A stretch of DNA of 64,000 bases. Source: Pontiella sp. (GTDB taxonomy: Bacteria; Verrucomicrobiota; Kiritimatiellia; Kiritimatiellales; Pontiellaceae). Positions 1-10,035 of the stretch are shown here, one piece after another. The stretch is from contig JBNKHE010000001.1 in NCBI GenBank assembly GCA_050290185.1, positions 386,713-450,712 on the forward strand, in the 5' to 3' direction. Below the pieces are notes generated by a model. The model was not told the DNA's origin. It searched no databases and saw only the letters and a list, made by a program, of their open reading frames with translations. A program made the translations under genes and the position numbers. The first letter of the stretch is position 1. Each line of letters opens with the position of its first letter.

Positions 1-2104
1 ACATCAGGTCGACAGAGCCTGTCTGCCCCGAACCGTTCAATTCGGGCAACGGAGAATCCTCGGGAACGACCACCTTGCTGAAGTCCGCCATGCTAGCCAG
101 CGCCTGATCGTCCGATCCTGTTTGTGCGCCTGCAAAAAGGGCATACCGGGGAAGCGTATTCAGTAGTTCATATACCGACAATGGCCCATTGGGATTTGGA
201 ACCACCTTGAATTCCCCATGCCCCGCATCCGCCAATCCGTAGGCAAACACCTTCCTGCATCCCGCAGCACTAAGTTGCTTCTGCGCATTCGCCGGGGCTA
301 GGATATATCTCACCGCTGAAAAGCGCCACATGTTCAAGGGATCGCGCTGCCCGGCAGTCAGCAATGCCTTATAGTCGTTTGCCATACGCGGCATGTCGCT
401 AAAATTGAATGTGCTGATGCGGTTATAGGGCAGCAGATAGGTAATCCAGATGTTGTCTATTCCCTGCTGGGACAATAGAGCCACGCGTTGTTGTTCAATA
501 TTCGTCTTTAGGAAATCCGTAAGTGGATTGGCAGCAATGTAACTCCGGGGCATTTCCTTCAAATAGTGTTTCGATAACTGCACAGCGTCGGCAGCAACCA
601 ACACCACTACCGCAATCCCCACATATCGTTTGAGGGGGATAAGCTTTCCCAACCGCGGGAAGGAGTAGAAAGCAAATACCAGCGCGAGTGAAGCCGACAT
701 GAATACCGCATGCCCCAACGCAGCCACCTTGTTGTCGACAATCACCTTGGCCATATCAGACGGCCATCCAAGTTTAGCAAAATGGACCACGTCCTCGCTA
801 CGGTTCAGAGCCAAACTCAACGCGCCGGCTCCAAGCACTGCAAGCAACGCTACAATCCCCCAAAAGAATTTCCTTGGAACAAGCGCCTCTTTCCCCTCCG
901 GTTTCACCTCGGAGCCGCAGAACAATGCATGGGCGCCATATGCGGAAAGAACAGCGGTACAAACCTGAAACACCTGCAGAAACTTATTCGGATTCCGAAT
1001 GCTGTTCACCACCGGAAATTTGTAGAACAGGGCATAAAACGGAAAGAACTTCCCAAACGCCAACAGCAATGCCACAGCACTGGCACCGCTCCAAAACAAG
1101 ATTTCTGATCGATGCTTCGAACGCCGGCATGAGACCAGCGCGAAGACCGCGAATCCTAGCGGTACCAGGCCAAGGTAGGTGTTTTCGAGTTTGAAGTTTT
1201 GGAACCCCTGCCCTGTTTTTTCCCATTCAGGGGAACGCCCCATTCTTCCCCAATAGGGCCCTTCCGGCTCGCCACTGCGCCAACCGGTATAACCGGGGGC
1301 AATAAATGCCGTGCTTTCTTCGGGAGGCCAGCTCCACTGGGTAACGTAATCCCATTTTGCCGATGCATTTCCAGACTGCATCTGGGCAGAACCTTTGACA
1401 TACTTGTTGTAACCATTCAGCAATGGGCCAGCAGCAAACAAGAACGCAATCAGCGCCGCCGGGACCAGTATCTTTATCCATGCAATCGGTTTGAATCCTT
1501 GTTTTGTGCCTAGATTGAAAATCAAATACGCTCCGGAGAACAGTGCGAAGAACATGGCAATGTCCGTTTGCTGCACAAACATCAAGCCTACGCAACTACC
1601 CCAGATCAGACCAGCGGCCAATGAGCCAGACCCGGCCTTGGCTGCCGGAATCAACGACAGGACAAAAAACATCACTACATAGGGTTTCAGCATGTGGCCG
1701 GGAAAGATCAGGGTGAAATTACTACCCAGCCAGAAAGCGGTTAGACTACCTAGAGCAACCGAGACTCCAATCAATCCCTTTTTTCTAAGGAAAAAATAAA
1801 ATGCGATAGAGGAACCAATACAGGCAATAGGATATATCCAGTTATTCCAGGCGATGCCGTGTATGAAAAGCATGAGCAAGGCGGGAAGCTTGCAAAACAT
1901 AGCTCCCGATGTACCCAGCAATGGGCGGGCATTCCAGTGATAAGCCAATTTTGGGAGAAGTTCAGTCAAAGGGGGGTTGGATCCTGCAATGGCGGCATCC
2001 GTCGTCAGTAGCACATGCTTTCCACTTAAAAAGGGGGCGAACACAACCGCTACAAGAATTGCCAAACCGAGTAAAAGAATGATCCCTTGATAATATTTTT
2101 TCAC
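1..2104 (-). CDS. Large polytopic membrane protein, YfhO-like/GT-C-type; 3' end runs off the window
   Basis: Not in the ORF track, consistent with no stop inside the window. Manual translation of the N-terminal part from GTG at 2104 (AGGGAG RBS upstream) gives MKKYYQGIILLLGLAILVAVVFAPFLSGKH...TAFWLGSNFTLIFPGHMLK...WDYVTQWSWPPEE...YWGRMG...ENTYLG, with many hydrophobic segments. Confidence 0.7.
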   Translation of the reverse strand, partial: MKKYYQGIILLLGLAILVAVVFAPFLSGKHVLLTTDAAIAGSNPPLTELLPKLAYHWNARPLLGTSGAMFCKLPALLMLFIHGIAWNNWIYPIACIGSSIAFYFFLRKKGLIGVSVALGSLTAFWLGSNFTLIFPGHMLKPYVVMFFVLSLIPAAKAGSGSLAAGLIWGSCVGLMFVQQTDIAMFFALFSGAYLIFNLGTKQGFKPIAWIKILVPAALIAFLFAAGPLLNGYNKYVKGSAQMQSGNASAKWDYVTQWSWPPEESTAFIAPGYTGWRSGEPEGPYWGRMGRSPEWEKTGQGFQNFKLENTYLGLVPLGFAVFALVSCRRSKHRSEILFWSGASAVALLLAFGKFFPFYALFYKFPVVNSIRNPNKFLQVFQVCTAVLSAYGAHALFCGSEVKPEGKEALVPRKFFWGIVALLAVLGAGALSLALNRSEDVVHFAKLGWPSDMAKVIVDNKVAALGHAVFMSASLALVFAFYSFPRLGKLIPLKRYVGIAVVVLVAADAVQLSKHYLKEMPRSYIAANPLTDFLKTNIEQQRVALLSQQGIDNIWITYLLPYNRISTFNFSDMPRMANDYKALLTAGQRDPLNMWRFSAVRYILAPANAQKQLSAAGCRKVFAYGLADAGHGEFKVVPNPNGPLSVYELLNTLPRYALFAGAQTGSDDQALASMADFSKVVVPEDSPLPELNGSGQTGSVDLM

Positions 2105-2473
2105 AACGCTCCCTTGCTTTTGCCACGCCCGATACAATCTGCCGCCATAACAAACACGATAACATTAGTGGCCCTGCGGCTATATATAATGGGAAAAAGC
2201 GTAGCTTCACGGCACATTGGAGTCGAGCTGTAATCTGATATTAGGCCCCGCGCATCATGTCGATCGAGAAGCAAAAAAACCTGAGTCGCCTAACAGGCAG
2301 GCAAATCCCAACGATAACCCGTTGCTGAAAAATGCTTATAAAGCTCTGTGTTGCCAACGCAATATCAGTTATTTTTTAATCATGTTTACAATGTTTTGCC
2401 AGTGCCGGAACAAGCTCAGGTATCGCGAATAAACGGAAGATATACAAGATACTACGATTGGAACAGATAACTA

Positions 2474-3577
2474 ATGGACACTGCTAACCTTTATGTGCAC
2501 ATCGGGACGCACAAGACTGGATCGACTGCGATTCAGAGCTTTCTTCGTCACCATCAGATGGAACTCAAGAGGAAGGGGTTGGTCTATATCTCTCTGCACG
2601 ATGGCTACGAAGCGCTAATGAAAGCCACACAGGTCGATGAGGATGTTGTTAATGGATTAAGGAAAAACCTGTCGTGCCAGATCGGCAAGAACTTTGCGCA
2701 AAGCAACGTTAGCTATGTGGCGAGCTGGGAAGGCTTTAGCGGAGATCCTGTTTCAGGTTACGATAATGCAGCATTCGTTGCGTCGCACCTAAAGAGATGC
2801 CTTGGTGATATCCCCGTAAAGATCATCGTCTACCTAAGACGTCAGGATAGCTTTCTCGGGTCATTGTACACGCAAAAAATCCACGAGGGGGAATCCTATA
2901 CCTTTGAGCATTTTTCCAACCTGATTCCTCCATTGGCGTTTGACTGGAGAAAGTTGCTGATGGCCTACAGCGACCAGTTCGGGAGAGGCAATATTGTTGT
3001 CAAAAGGTACGACAAAGCATATCTCCCGTCTTCTTTTAGCTTATTGAACGGGTTTTTCGAGATAATCGGTATTGATATTGAAGATATCCTTTCGTCAAAG
3101 AAGCCACCTAATCCCAACAAAGGATATTCAAGGGATGCGCTGGAAATTGCACGATTGTGCAATCCCGAACTTTCCGACCGCGATCAGAAGCGCTTGCGGC
3201 GTATTCTTCAAAAAACCAGCTCTAAACAACCGTTTGAAAAATATACCTACATGACAGGGGAAGACCGAATGGCCTTCATGAAACCATATGAGTCATCCAA
3301 CAAAGCCATAGCGGAACAATATCTTGATGATCCATCGGGCGAACTCTTTCCCACGCCATCTGCAACAACGATTGGCGCAACCCAGCATGAAATGGATACT
3401 GAAGCGATCATCCCCGAGCTGGTTTCAGCTCTTTTGTCCGATAACAGAAATCCTAGGGATACGCTCAAGCAGTTCCTGCAACATTCCTTGGGACCAGCGG
3501 TAAAGGGTCTCTATAGAAAATCCCCGGGTATCATGTATAAAATACGGGAAACGGCCCATAATTTAGGCTTTAAATAG
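2474..3577 (+). CDS. Sulfotransferase-like P-loop protein
   Basis: N-terminal LYVHIGTHKTGSTAIQ (5'-PSB-like loop) and IIVYLRRQDSFLGSLY (3'-PB-like motif); glycan locus context. Confidence 0.65.
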   Translation: MDTANLYVHIGTHKTGSTAIQSFLRHHQMELKRKGLVYISLHDGYEALMKATQVDEDVVNGLRKNLSCQIGKNFAQSNVSYVASWEGFSGDPVSGYDNAAFVASHLKRCLGDIPVKIIVYLRRQDSFLGSLYTQKIHEGESYTFEHFSNLIPPLAFDWRKLLMAYSDQFGRGNIVVKRYDKAYLPSSFSLLNGFFEIIGIDIEDILSSKKPPNPNKGYSRDALEIARLCNPELSDRDQKRLRRILQKTSSKQPFEKYTYMTGEDRMAFMKPYESSNKAIAEQYLDDPSGELFPTPSATTIGATQHEMDTEAIIPELVSALLSDNRNPRDTLKQFLQHSLGPAVKGLYRKSPGIMYKIRETAHNLGFK

Positions 3578-3725
3578 CTCATATTGGAAACAACTGACGG
3601 GGATGTTTCTGGAATCTCGAAGTGGATATTGGATCGACATTCCAGTAGATAGATGTCTGATTGAATATAGTTAGATAGCTGATGCCCGCAAGCGGGCTCA
3701 TATTAATTTGGGCAAAAAGGAACCC

Positions 3726-4586
3726 ATGACTTCCGAATACGTTTTACTGACCCTCAAATCCATCATGCGATACTTCAAATATCGTCGCATTCCAAAAGCC
3801 CAAGGCAAACGGGTCATTATTGCTGGAAATGGGCCATCTTTGAAGCAGGCGATTGACACTTATCCGGAAATTCTTGCGGAAACTCCGCTACTTTGCGTCA
3901 ATCACTTCGCAGACAGCCCAGACTTCGCAGTCTTAAAGCCAATGTACTACTGCATGCTGGATCCCAACTTTTTTCTGCCTAACCTCTCGTCCGAACGAGA
4001 AGACGGCAGGAATCGCACGTTCAACAATCTAACCAAATATACGACATGGGATATGCACCTATTCTTCCCATGCATACCTGGACAAATCGTTTTAGAAGAC
4101 TATCTCCGCTCCCCATACATTCACCTACATTCCTGCAATATATATCCGGGGTTTACGTGGCCCAAGATCCGCAACTTTGTCTACAAAACAGGAATATTCA
4201 TGCCACCACCCCAAAATGTTTTGATCGCAGCCATATTCGAAGCAATCAACATGGGATATAAAGAAATTTTTGTATTAGGTGCTGAACACTCTTGGACGGA
4301 ATCCATCGGGGTAGGAAACGACAATACGCTATACATACAAAATCGCCATTTTTCTGGTGTCGGCACAAAAAAACCAATGTACAAATCTGCCCCAAGAAAC
4401 ACAGAAACCTTCAAAGTTCACGAACTGCTCCATGCATTGAGCCGGACCTTTCGGTCTTATTGGTTCCTACGAGAATATGCCACATCTTGTGGCGCTGTTG
4501 TTTACAATTCTACGCCTGAATCGTATATTGACGCGTTTGACCGCAAATCGCTGGACGAGCTCTCGCATAGTAAGGATTCGCAATGA
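3726..4586 (+). CDS. GT42 (CstI/II)/Maf-DUF115-like nonulosonic-acid transferase
   Basis: Motifs VIIAGNGPSLK, LLCVNHF, YYCMLDP and MGYKEIFVLGAEH resemble Cst sialyltransferases. ATG 3726 follows an AAAGG RBS. Confidence 0.6.
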   Translation: MTSEYVLLTLKSIMRYFKYRRIPKAQGKRVIIAGNGPSLKQAIDTYPEILAETPLLCVNHFADSPDFAVLKPMYYCMLDPNFFLPNLSSEREDGRNRTFNNLTKYTTWDMHLFFPCIPGQIVLEDYLRSPYIHLHSCNIYPGFTWPKIRNFVYKTGIFMPPPQNVLIAAIFEAINMGYKEIFVLGAEHSWTESIGVGNDNTLYIQNRHFSGVGTKKPMYKSAPRNTETFKVHELLHALSRTFRSYWFLREYATSCGAVVYNSTPESYIDAFDRKSLDELSHSKDSQ

Positions 4587-5134
4587 AAATAGGTAAGATA
4601 GTCACGCTTATCCAACACGTTCATCGCCTGTATTCAGTAAAATCTGGGGTTAAGGTCGGGAAGCGTGTGCATATTGGCTTGTGGAGTGCATGCTGGTCTC
4701 CGGATGAGTTGATCATTGAGGACGATGTTTACATCGGCAATCTGTGCACCATCCAGGTCAACGGGCGGATCGGACGATACACCATGATAGCCAACAATGT
4801 TGGAATCATCGGAAAGTTGGATCATGACTTCAGGGAAATAGGAATGCCGATACGTTATGCAAAATGGATAGGAGACCGAAAACAGGGTGATGTCAGAAAG
4901 GACTCCGTAATCATTGGGGAAGATGTATGGGTTGGCTACGGGGCCATCATCCTCTCAGGAGTAACCATTGGCCGCGGAGCCATAGTCGCGGCTGGAAGCG
5001 TTGTCACCAAGAATGTTACCCCCTATGCCATCGTAGCCGGAGTTCCGGCAAAATCCATTGGCGACCGCTTCACTCCCGAAGAAATCGTCGAGCATGAAAT
5101 GAAGCTCTATTCAGAGCATTTCATCAATCGTTAA
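4583..5134 (+). CDS. Hexapeptide-repeat (left-handed beta-helix) acyl/O-acetyltransferase
   Basis: IGEDVWVGYGAIILSGVTIGRGAIVAAGSVVTKNVTPYAIVAGVPAK; ATGA overlap with the upstream gene. Confidence 0.85.
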   Translation: MKIGKIVTLIQHVHRLYSVKSGVKVGKRVHIGLWSACWSPDELIIEDDVYIGNLCTIQVNGRIGRYTMIANNVGIIGKLDHDFREIGMPIRYAKWIGDRKQGDVRKDSVIIGEDVWVGYGAIILSGVTIGRGAIVAAGSVVTKNVTPYAIVAGVPAKSIGDRFTPEEIVEHEMKLYSEHFINR

Positions 5135-5322
5135 AGACCGACCAGCGGTGTTCGCGGCTCATCTCCCCCTCGGGGAGAGAAAAAAGATGCGTTGCATCCA
5201 GAGAAAAAAACCATAACTCGGAGGGACTCTCATTTGGCGCTCTCCAATGGATGGCGGCAGGTCAGCGCTTCTCTGACATGAGATCAAATTTAATGAATGC
5301 AATCGGCCTATTCTCTAAAACT

Positions 5323-5589
5323 ATGATAGTTAACCTCTGTTTTGCATTCCCTGAAAAATGGTGGTGCATTTGTCGTTGGCGGCGACTTCAACCTTTTAGA
5401 TGGATTAGAAGTGCAGGTAGGTAAACATAGACACATCACCAAAAATTGCGGAGTAAGAAACGGTGGATTCGCATGTTGAAGGATGCCGGATTCTCAGAAG
5501 TCAGAGTTTGCTGCAACAATGCCTATCTTTGGATAAACGACACTCTTCCTGAGAATAATGTCTTGGTGGCGCCCAAGGGCAGTCAATGA
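5323..5589 (+). pseudogene. Frameshifted C-terminal remnant of a class I SAM-methyltransferase-like gene
   Basis: Pieces in different frames: MIVNLCF / HSLKNGGAFVVGGDFNLLDGLEVQ / LRSKKRWIRMLKDAGFSEVRV...NNVLVAPKGSQ*. LKxGG and WxxMLxxAGF are typical methyltransferase C-terminal motifs. Confidence 0.45.
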
Positions 5590-5635
5590 ACTAGAGTTAG
5601 AATGCTGCACATGACTTTCGGATATTCGATAATGA

Positions 5636-6667
5636 TTAATGCTGCCCGTAAATATGCTCTCGCTTTAGCGGCGTTCCCGCTTTGAGACTGAACGCAGCGG
5701 TTTTTCCAAGAATCTGATCCAGATATTTGGGCGGCAATCCATGTCCCGGGCGGATAGATCGGACGTTCTCGGTCGTGAAATTCTCTCCAGCTTTCACATC
5801 CTTGACAATAAAGAGGGATCGGCGAAATAATCTGCCTCCTTCATCGCCAGGTGATCCTCCATACCGTACTTTACCCAATGCTTTCTCGACGTTCCGAACT
5901 GCATCCACCATTTCTTTAAATTCAGCTGGCTCCAGAGAAAAGGAGCTGTCTACACCGCCATCCGCTCTTGATAATGTGAAGTGTTTTTCAACTACTTCAG
6001 CCCCCAATGCGACCGCGGCCACGGGCATGGCAATGCCAAGCGTATGATCTGATATCCCCACCTTACAATTAAAAGTCTCCGCCATATCCGGAATAGTATT
6101 TAAATTTGCATCTTCCGGATCTGCAGGATAAGCACTCGTGCATTTCAGCAAGGTGATATCAGGACACCCCGCCCCCTGCAGGGCTTCAACGGCCTCTCGG
6201 ATCTCCTCTTTGGTAGCCATCCCTGTCGACATAATAACGGGCTTCTTCGTGCTTCCTATTTTTTTCAACAAAGGAGTATCTACCAACTCAAACGAAGCCA
6301 CTTTGTGCCGCGCAACCCCAAGCTTTTCCAGAAAATCAACGGCCGTAGCATCAAAAGGCGTTGAGAAGAGTTCCAATCCACAAGCTTCTGCTTCAGCTTT
6401 AAGTTCAGCATGCCACTCCCATGGAGTATAGGCTTCTTGATAAAGCTGGTACAGAGTCCTGTTTTTCCAAAGAGAATCTTTCCTGGTTAAAAAATATTCA
6501 TTTTTGCAGTCTATCGTCATCGTATCCGCCGTATAAGTCTGGAGTTTTACGGCATCAGCTCCAGTTCTAGATATAGCGCGAATAATCTCGATGGCCTTAT
6601 CAAGGCAGTGATCGTGATTCCCGGACATTTCCGCAATCACGTATGTTCTTCGCAAACAATTACTCAT
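5636..6667 (-). CDS. pseI: Pseudaminic acid synthase (NeuB family with SAF domain)
   Basis: IAEMSGNH, KLQTYTADTMT, AYTPWEWH, KVASFE, LLKCTSAYP, SDHTLG, EKHFTL, FRRSL, IRPGHGL. Confidence 0.92.
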   Translation of the reverse strand: MSNCLRRTYVIAEMSGNHDHCLDKAIEIIRAISRTGADAVKLQTYTADTMTIDCKNEYFLTRKDSLWKNRTLYQLYQEAYTPWEWHAELKAEAEACGLELFSTPFDATAVDFLEKLGVARHKVASFELVDTPLLKKIGSTKKPVIMSTGMATKEEIREAVEALQGAGCPDITLLKCTSAYPADPEDANLNTIPDMAETFNCKVGISDHTLGIAMPVAAVALGAEVVEKHFTLSRADGGVDSSFSLEPAEFKEMVDAVRNVEKALGKVRYGGSPGDEGGRLFRRSLFIVKDVKAGENFTTENVRSIRPGHGLPPKYLDQILGKTAAFSLKAGTPLKREHIYGQH

Positions 6668-6760
6668 ACCTAATCACCCTCATCTTACATCGCAGGCATC
6701 AGAAACAACGCATCAAGTGCAGTTCACCTTAATTTCCTATCATGAAACTCATTGGGCTGA

Positions 6761-7984
6761 TCAATAGATATACGTAGCGAAGATATCATCAATCACCTCG
6801 CCTCTTTTGATCAGCAAAAACTGTTCGTCTTTTTTCGATAAGATCGGTGGTTGCCCTTTAATGAAAGGAGGTTTGTACATGGGACTGTAGGCACCAACAT
6901 TACAGAACTCTAGATAATCCCCCGGTGCTATTTCACCATTGAAGTCCCATGATAGTACATCGTCATCGATGCATGTATATCCGGTGATATCACCATTCTT
7001 AACCTGGTAGCTATTGCCTTTGTGCATTTGAATTACCTTCATGCCAGGAAGGATGCGGGATCTACCTGTCGGTTTAATATTATGCAAACTTCCATTAGTC
7101 ACAACAAAAGCCTTATCCCCAATAAACTTCACATTGTTTACGGTGCAATAGAATTTCATTGTATCGGCCACAACCATGGTTCCGGGCTCAATGATCAGCT
7201 TAACATCCTGATCAGGGAAATCTTTGATCATTGTTGCACCGATCACCCTACTATATTCCTCGAAAGAAGGTACCTTTGCAGAGAACTGCCGCAGCAACTC
7301 AGGAGGCATTTTACCAAAGAATCCGCCCCCGACATCAATATACTCGCATGGATGCTCAGCAAACACTTTTTTTGCAAACGCTATGGTCTTTTGCGTTCTC
7401 TCCGCAAAACTTTCTAATGTCTTCGTTGCTGTCTGAAAGTGACAATGCACTCCAATCGGCTTGCAGCCTTTCAAACCGAAAAGTCGTTCGTAAGCTTTTC
7501 CGGCGGAATCATCCTCCGAGTTGAAACCAAACCTGGATGTTTTTTCGCCCTCCATGCTAAAGTTGATCCTGAGCGCACAACGAATCGATTCCCTAGGTGA
7601 AGCGGAGAGGTATTCTTCCAGTACGTCTATCTCATTATCCGAGTCGAAATGCACAATGGAGTTGTTCTCAAATGCCCGGAAAAGGATCTCACGTGATTTC
7701 ACAGGACCGTTGTAGATTATTTTCTCAGGTTTATATCCAACCCGAAGAGCATGCTCGTATTCCATTTCAGATACAACCTCAGCAAATGCCCCTTGGTCCA
7801 TGGCGAGCTTGCATATTCTGGGTATGTAATTCGTCTTGAATGAATAAGCTATACCAAAGTTTGCATACTGATTTTTGAATGCAGATTCAACCTCATCTAA
7901 GTTAGAGATGAATCTTTCCTCATCGAAAACATAGAATGACTCACCGTATCTCTTTTGTAGCTCACTAAGGATTTGATTATTCAT
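6761..7984 (-). CDS. PLP-dependent fold-type III decarboxylase (diaminopimelate decarboxylase/BtrK-like)
   Basis: YSFKTN (PLP Lys), YNGPVK, SRFG, HCH, DVGGGF, IEPG, GYTCIDDD, VGAY. Confidence 0.8.
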   Translation of the reverse strand: MNNQILSELQKRYGESFYVFDEERFISNLDEVESAFKNQYANFGIAYSFKTNYIPRICKLAMDQGAFAEVVSEMEYEHALRVGYKPEKIIYNGPVKSREILFRAFENNSIVHFDSDNEIDVLEEYLSASPRESIRCALRINFSMEGEKTSRFGFNSEDDSAGKAYERLFGLKGCKPIGVHCHFQTATKTLESFAERTQKTIAFAKKVFAEHPCEYIDVGGGFFGKMPPELLRQFSAKVPSFEEYSRVIGATMIKDFPDQDVKLIIEPGTMVVADTMKFYCTVNNVKFIGDKAFVVTNGSLHNIKPTGRSRILPGMKVIQMHKGNSYQVKNGDITGYTCIDDDVLSWDFNGEIAPGDYLEFCNVGAYSPMYKPPFIKGQPPILSKKDEQFLLIKRGEVIDDIFATYIY

Positions 7985-8936
7985 GCTTTCGATTTTCCCT
8001 AAGCTTTCCCATATGATCTTCTATTGCAGATATCTGATCCGAGGTTAACCGCAAAACATTGCCCAAGCGAAGATTCAGATCCTCTACACTTCTGTCATTT
8101 CTGCGCCACCGTCTTATTGAGGCCTTGTTTTCTATAGCGTTGATAGTCTTTTCGGGGGCAGAAACAAACTCTTCGTAACTGATGTTCAAATACCGTTCAT
8201 CGGGTAGCGCAGAAAGAGAGTCCTGAATATCCTTCTTTAGATAGAATACCTGTTCTGTAGATTGAAGAAGCGGATCTTCCTGTTTCATTATTTCTTCAAA
8301 GTTCGAAGGCTTAATGCCAAACCAATTTGAATGATTTCCGCTGTAGTTCTTGCGTGATTCGTAAGTTGATTGGACCACAAAAACATCATCCCTGTATATA
8401 TTCAAAAAAACTGCAGAAGGGAAAAGTGTGCTCAGGTTATTTATATTAGGTAGGACCTCAAGAAGGTTCTTGAATAACAATGGCTCATTGTTCACAGCCT
8501 GCCAGGCTGCAAAGTGTTTTTTAAGTAATCTAGCGTTCGCTGTTGTCAGAGAACAAGGCTTCGCATTGTTTGCTGAGCCCGGAAACCAGTGTCGCCAGAA
8601 ATAACTGAATTCATGAGGACCACCAATACCGCTTGTGGCACCAAAATTTGAGCTGAATGACATTTTTTCATCATTCACGCTCAGAGACTTCCCCAGAAGG
8701 GCTCCCAAATATGGCGCAAGCCAAAATCTGGCAATAAGATTGGAAGGGTACGATATCTTATAAAGAGAGACCAAGGCCTGTGTCAGGACAGTTGTGCCTG
8801 AACGCTGAGCACCAACAACGAATAAAATTGGATTTTCTGGACTTTCAAAATCACTGATCAAAGACTCCTCCACGCCAACAAGTCTTTCGTTCATCAGTGC
8901 CATGGCCTTTTCCAGAAGAGGATCTTTTTGCACCAT
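7977..8936 (-). CDS. Sulfotransferase family protein
   Basis: LFVVGAQRSGTTVL PAPS-binding loop; ISYEEFVSAPE. Confidence 0.8.
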   Translation of the reverse strand: MVQKDPLLEKAMALMNERLVGVEESLISDFESPENPILFVVGAQRSGTTVLTQALVSLYKISYPSNLIARFWLAPYLGALLGKSLSVNDEKMSFSSNFGATSGIGGPHEFSYFWRHWFPGSANNAKPCSLTTANARLLKKHFAAWQAVNNEPLLFKNLLEVLPNINNLSTLFPSAVFLNIYRDDVFVVQSTYESRKNYSGNHSNWFGIKPSNFEEIMKQEDPLLQSTEQVFYLKKDIQDSLSALPDERYLNISYEEFVSAPEKTINAIENKASIRRWRRNDRSVEDLNLRLGNVLRLTSDQISAIEDHMGKLRENRKHE

Positions 8937-8990
8937 ATATATTGCCTTCAGCTATGTATTATTACTTCGAATGTCAAATTAAACTCAGAC

Positions 8991-10031
8991 TCATCGTTCC
9001 AACAAAGCACTCACGAAATTTCCAATACCATCTACATTTATGGCTTCCTGTAGTTTTTCTGAGATCCCACGAAGATCTTTACTAATGCATTTGGTGATTC
9101 TATCAGCCAATCCACTACAAGCCATGCTTTTGGGATCCTCAATAAGCTGTGCCCATCCCAACTCATGGAGGTTCCTTGCACTTGCTGATTCTTTTTCCCC
9201 AGCTGGCAATACGATCACAGGAACGCCCAAGGAACCAAGCTCCCAAGTGGTTATTCCTCCGGAAGTGAATGCTAAATTGCTACTTAGCATTAGTGCATGC
9301 ATTCGTTTTGTGTTCTTGTGAAGCTCAATATTCAGGCTTGTTTTATCAATGAATTTATTCAGTTCTTCCTCAAATGGATACATCGCTCCGATAACAACTA
9401 TGACCTTTTCAAATTTTTTACTAATCAGGTCTAGCGCTTCCAGCACCTTTAACGTGAAGTTGTTGGGATCTGACCCACCAAATGTTAGTAAAGCAGTAAA
9501 AGCATTCTTAGCCTCCACCATAAAAGTATGTGCTTCCTTGGCCGTCGCTCTGAACTTCTCATCAAGGATAAGGTTCTGAAGCCCGAACAAACGTTTTGTA
9601 TACGGTTCTGTGCTCCATTCCAACGCTAGCGACAAAGGATTCTGATCATGGAGAATGTGCGTATAGTAATGTACATTATTATCAAAAACGATGTAGGCGA
9701 CCTTCTCAACCACCTTAAGCAGGTCTCTCTGAAACGTTTCATCATAAAAAATAGGTTGATAGCTATCGACAACCAATGCAGACCTACCTTTTCCTTCTAA
9801 TTCTCTACTAATGAACTCTACTTCAGGAAGGTTCCCATCGTTCATGACAACCTCGATACCTGATGCTTTTATTTCATCCCTAAAGTATTGAGGTAGTTCT
9901 GAGGAAAGGAAGCAAACCAATCCATTGTAAGACTTTGCCACTTCCCGGGCAATGATGAAGCATCTCCTCGCATGACCCATACCCATTACTACACTGGCAT
10001 CAGCTCTGAAAAATATTGAATCCGGGTGCAT
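8991..10031 (-). CDS. pseG: PseG/SpsG-like UDP-sugar hydrolase (GT-B fold)
   Basis: FRADASVVMGMGHARRC, LTFGGSDP, TSGGITTWELG; lies in the pse cluster. Confidence 0.75.
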   Translation of the reverse strand: MHPDSIFFRADASVVMGMGHARRCFIIAREVAKSYNGLVCFLSSELPQYFRDEIKASGIEVVMNDGNLPEVEFISRELEGKGRSALVVDSYQPIFYDETFQRDLLKVVEKVAYIVFDNNVHYYTHILHDQNPLSLALEWSTEPYTKRLFGLQNLILDEKFRATAKEAHTFMVEAKNAFTALLTFGGSDPNNFTLKVLEALDLISKKFEKVIVVIGAMYPFEEELNKFIDKTSLNIELHKNTKRMHALMLSSNLAFTSGGITTWELGSLGVPVIVLPAGEKESASARNLHELGWAQLIEDPKSMACSGLADRITKCISKDLRGISEKLQEAINVDGIGNFVSALLER

Positions 10032-10035
10032 TCGC

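Noticed and set aside
699..2210. Cluster of short ORFs
   Set aside because: They overlap the long minus-strand membrane-protein frame starting at 2104.
5162..5186. Hairpin TCTCCCC-CTC-GGGGAGA as a terminator
   Set aside because: No U-tract follows it on either strand, so its function is unsupported.
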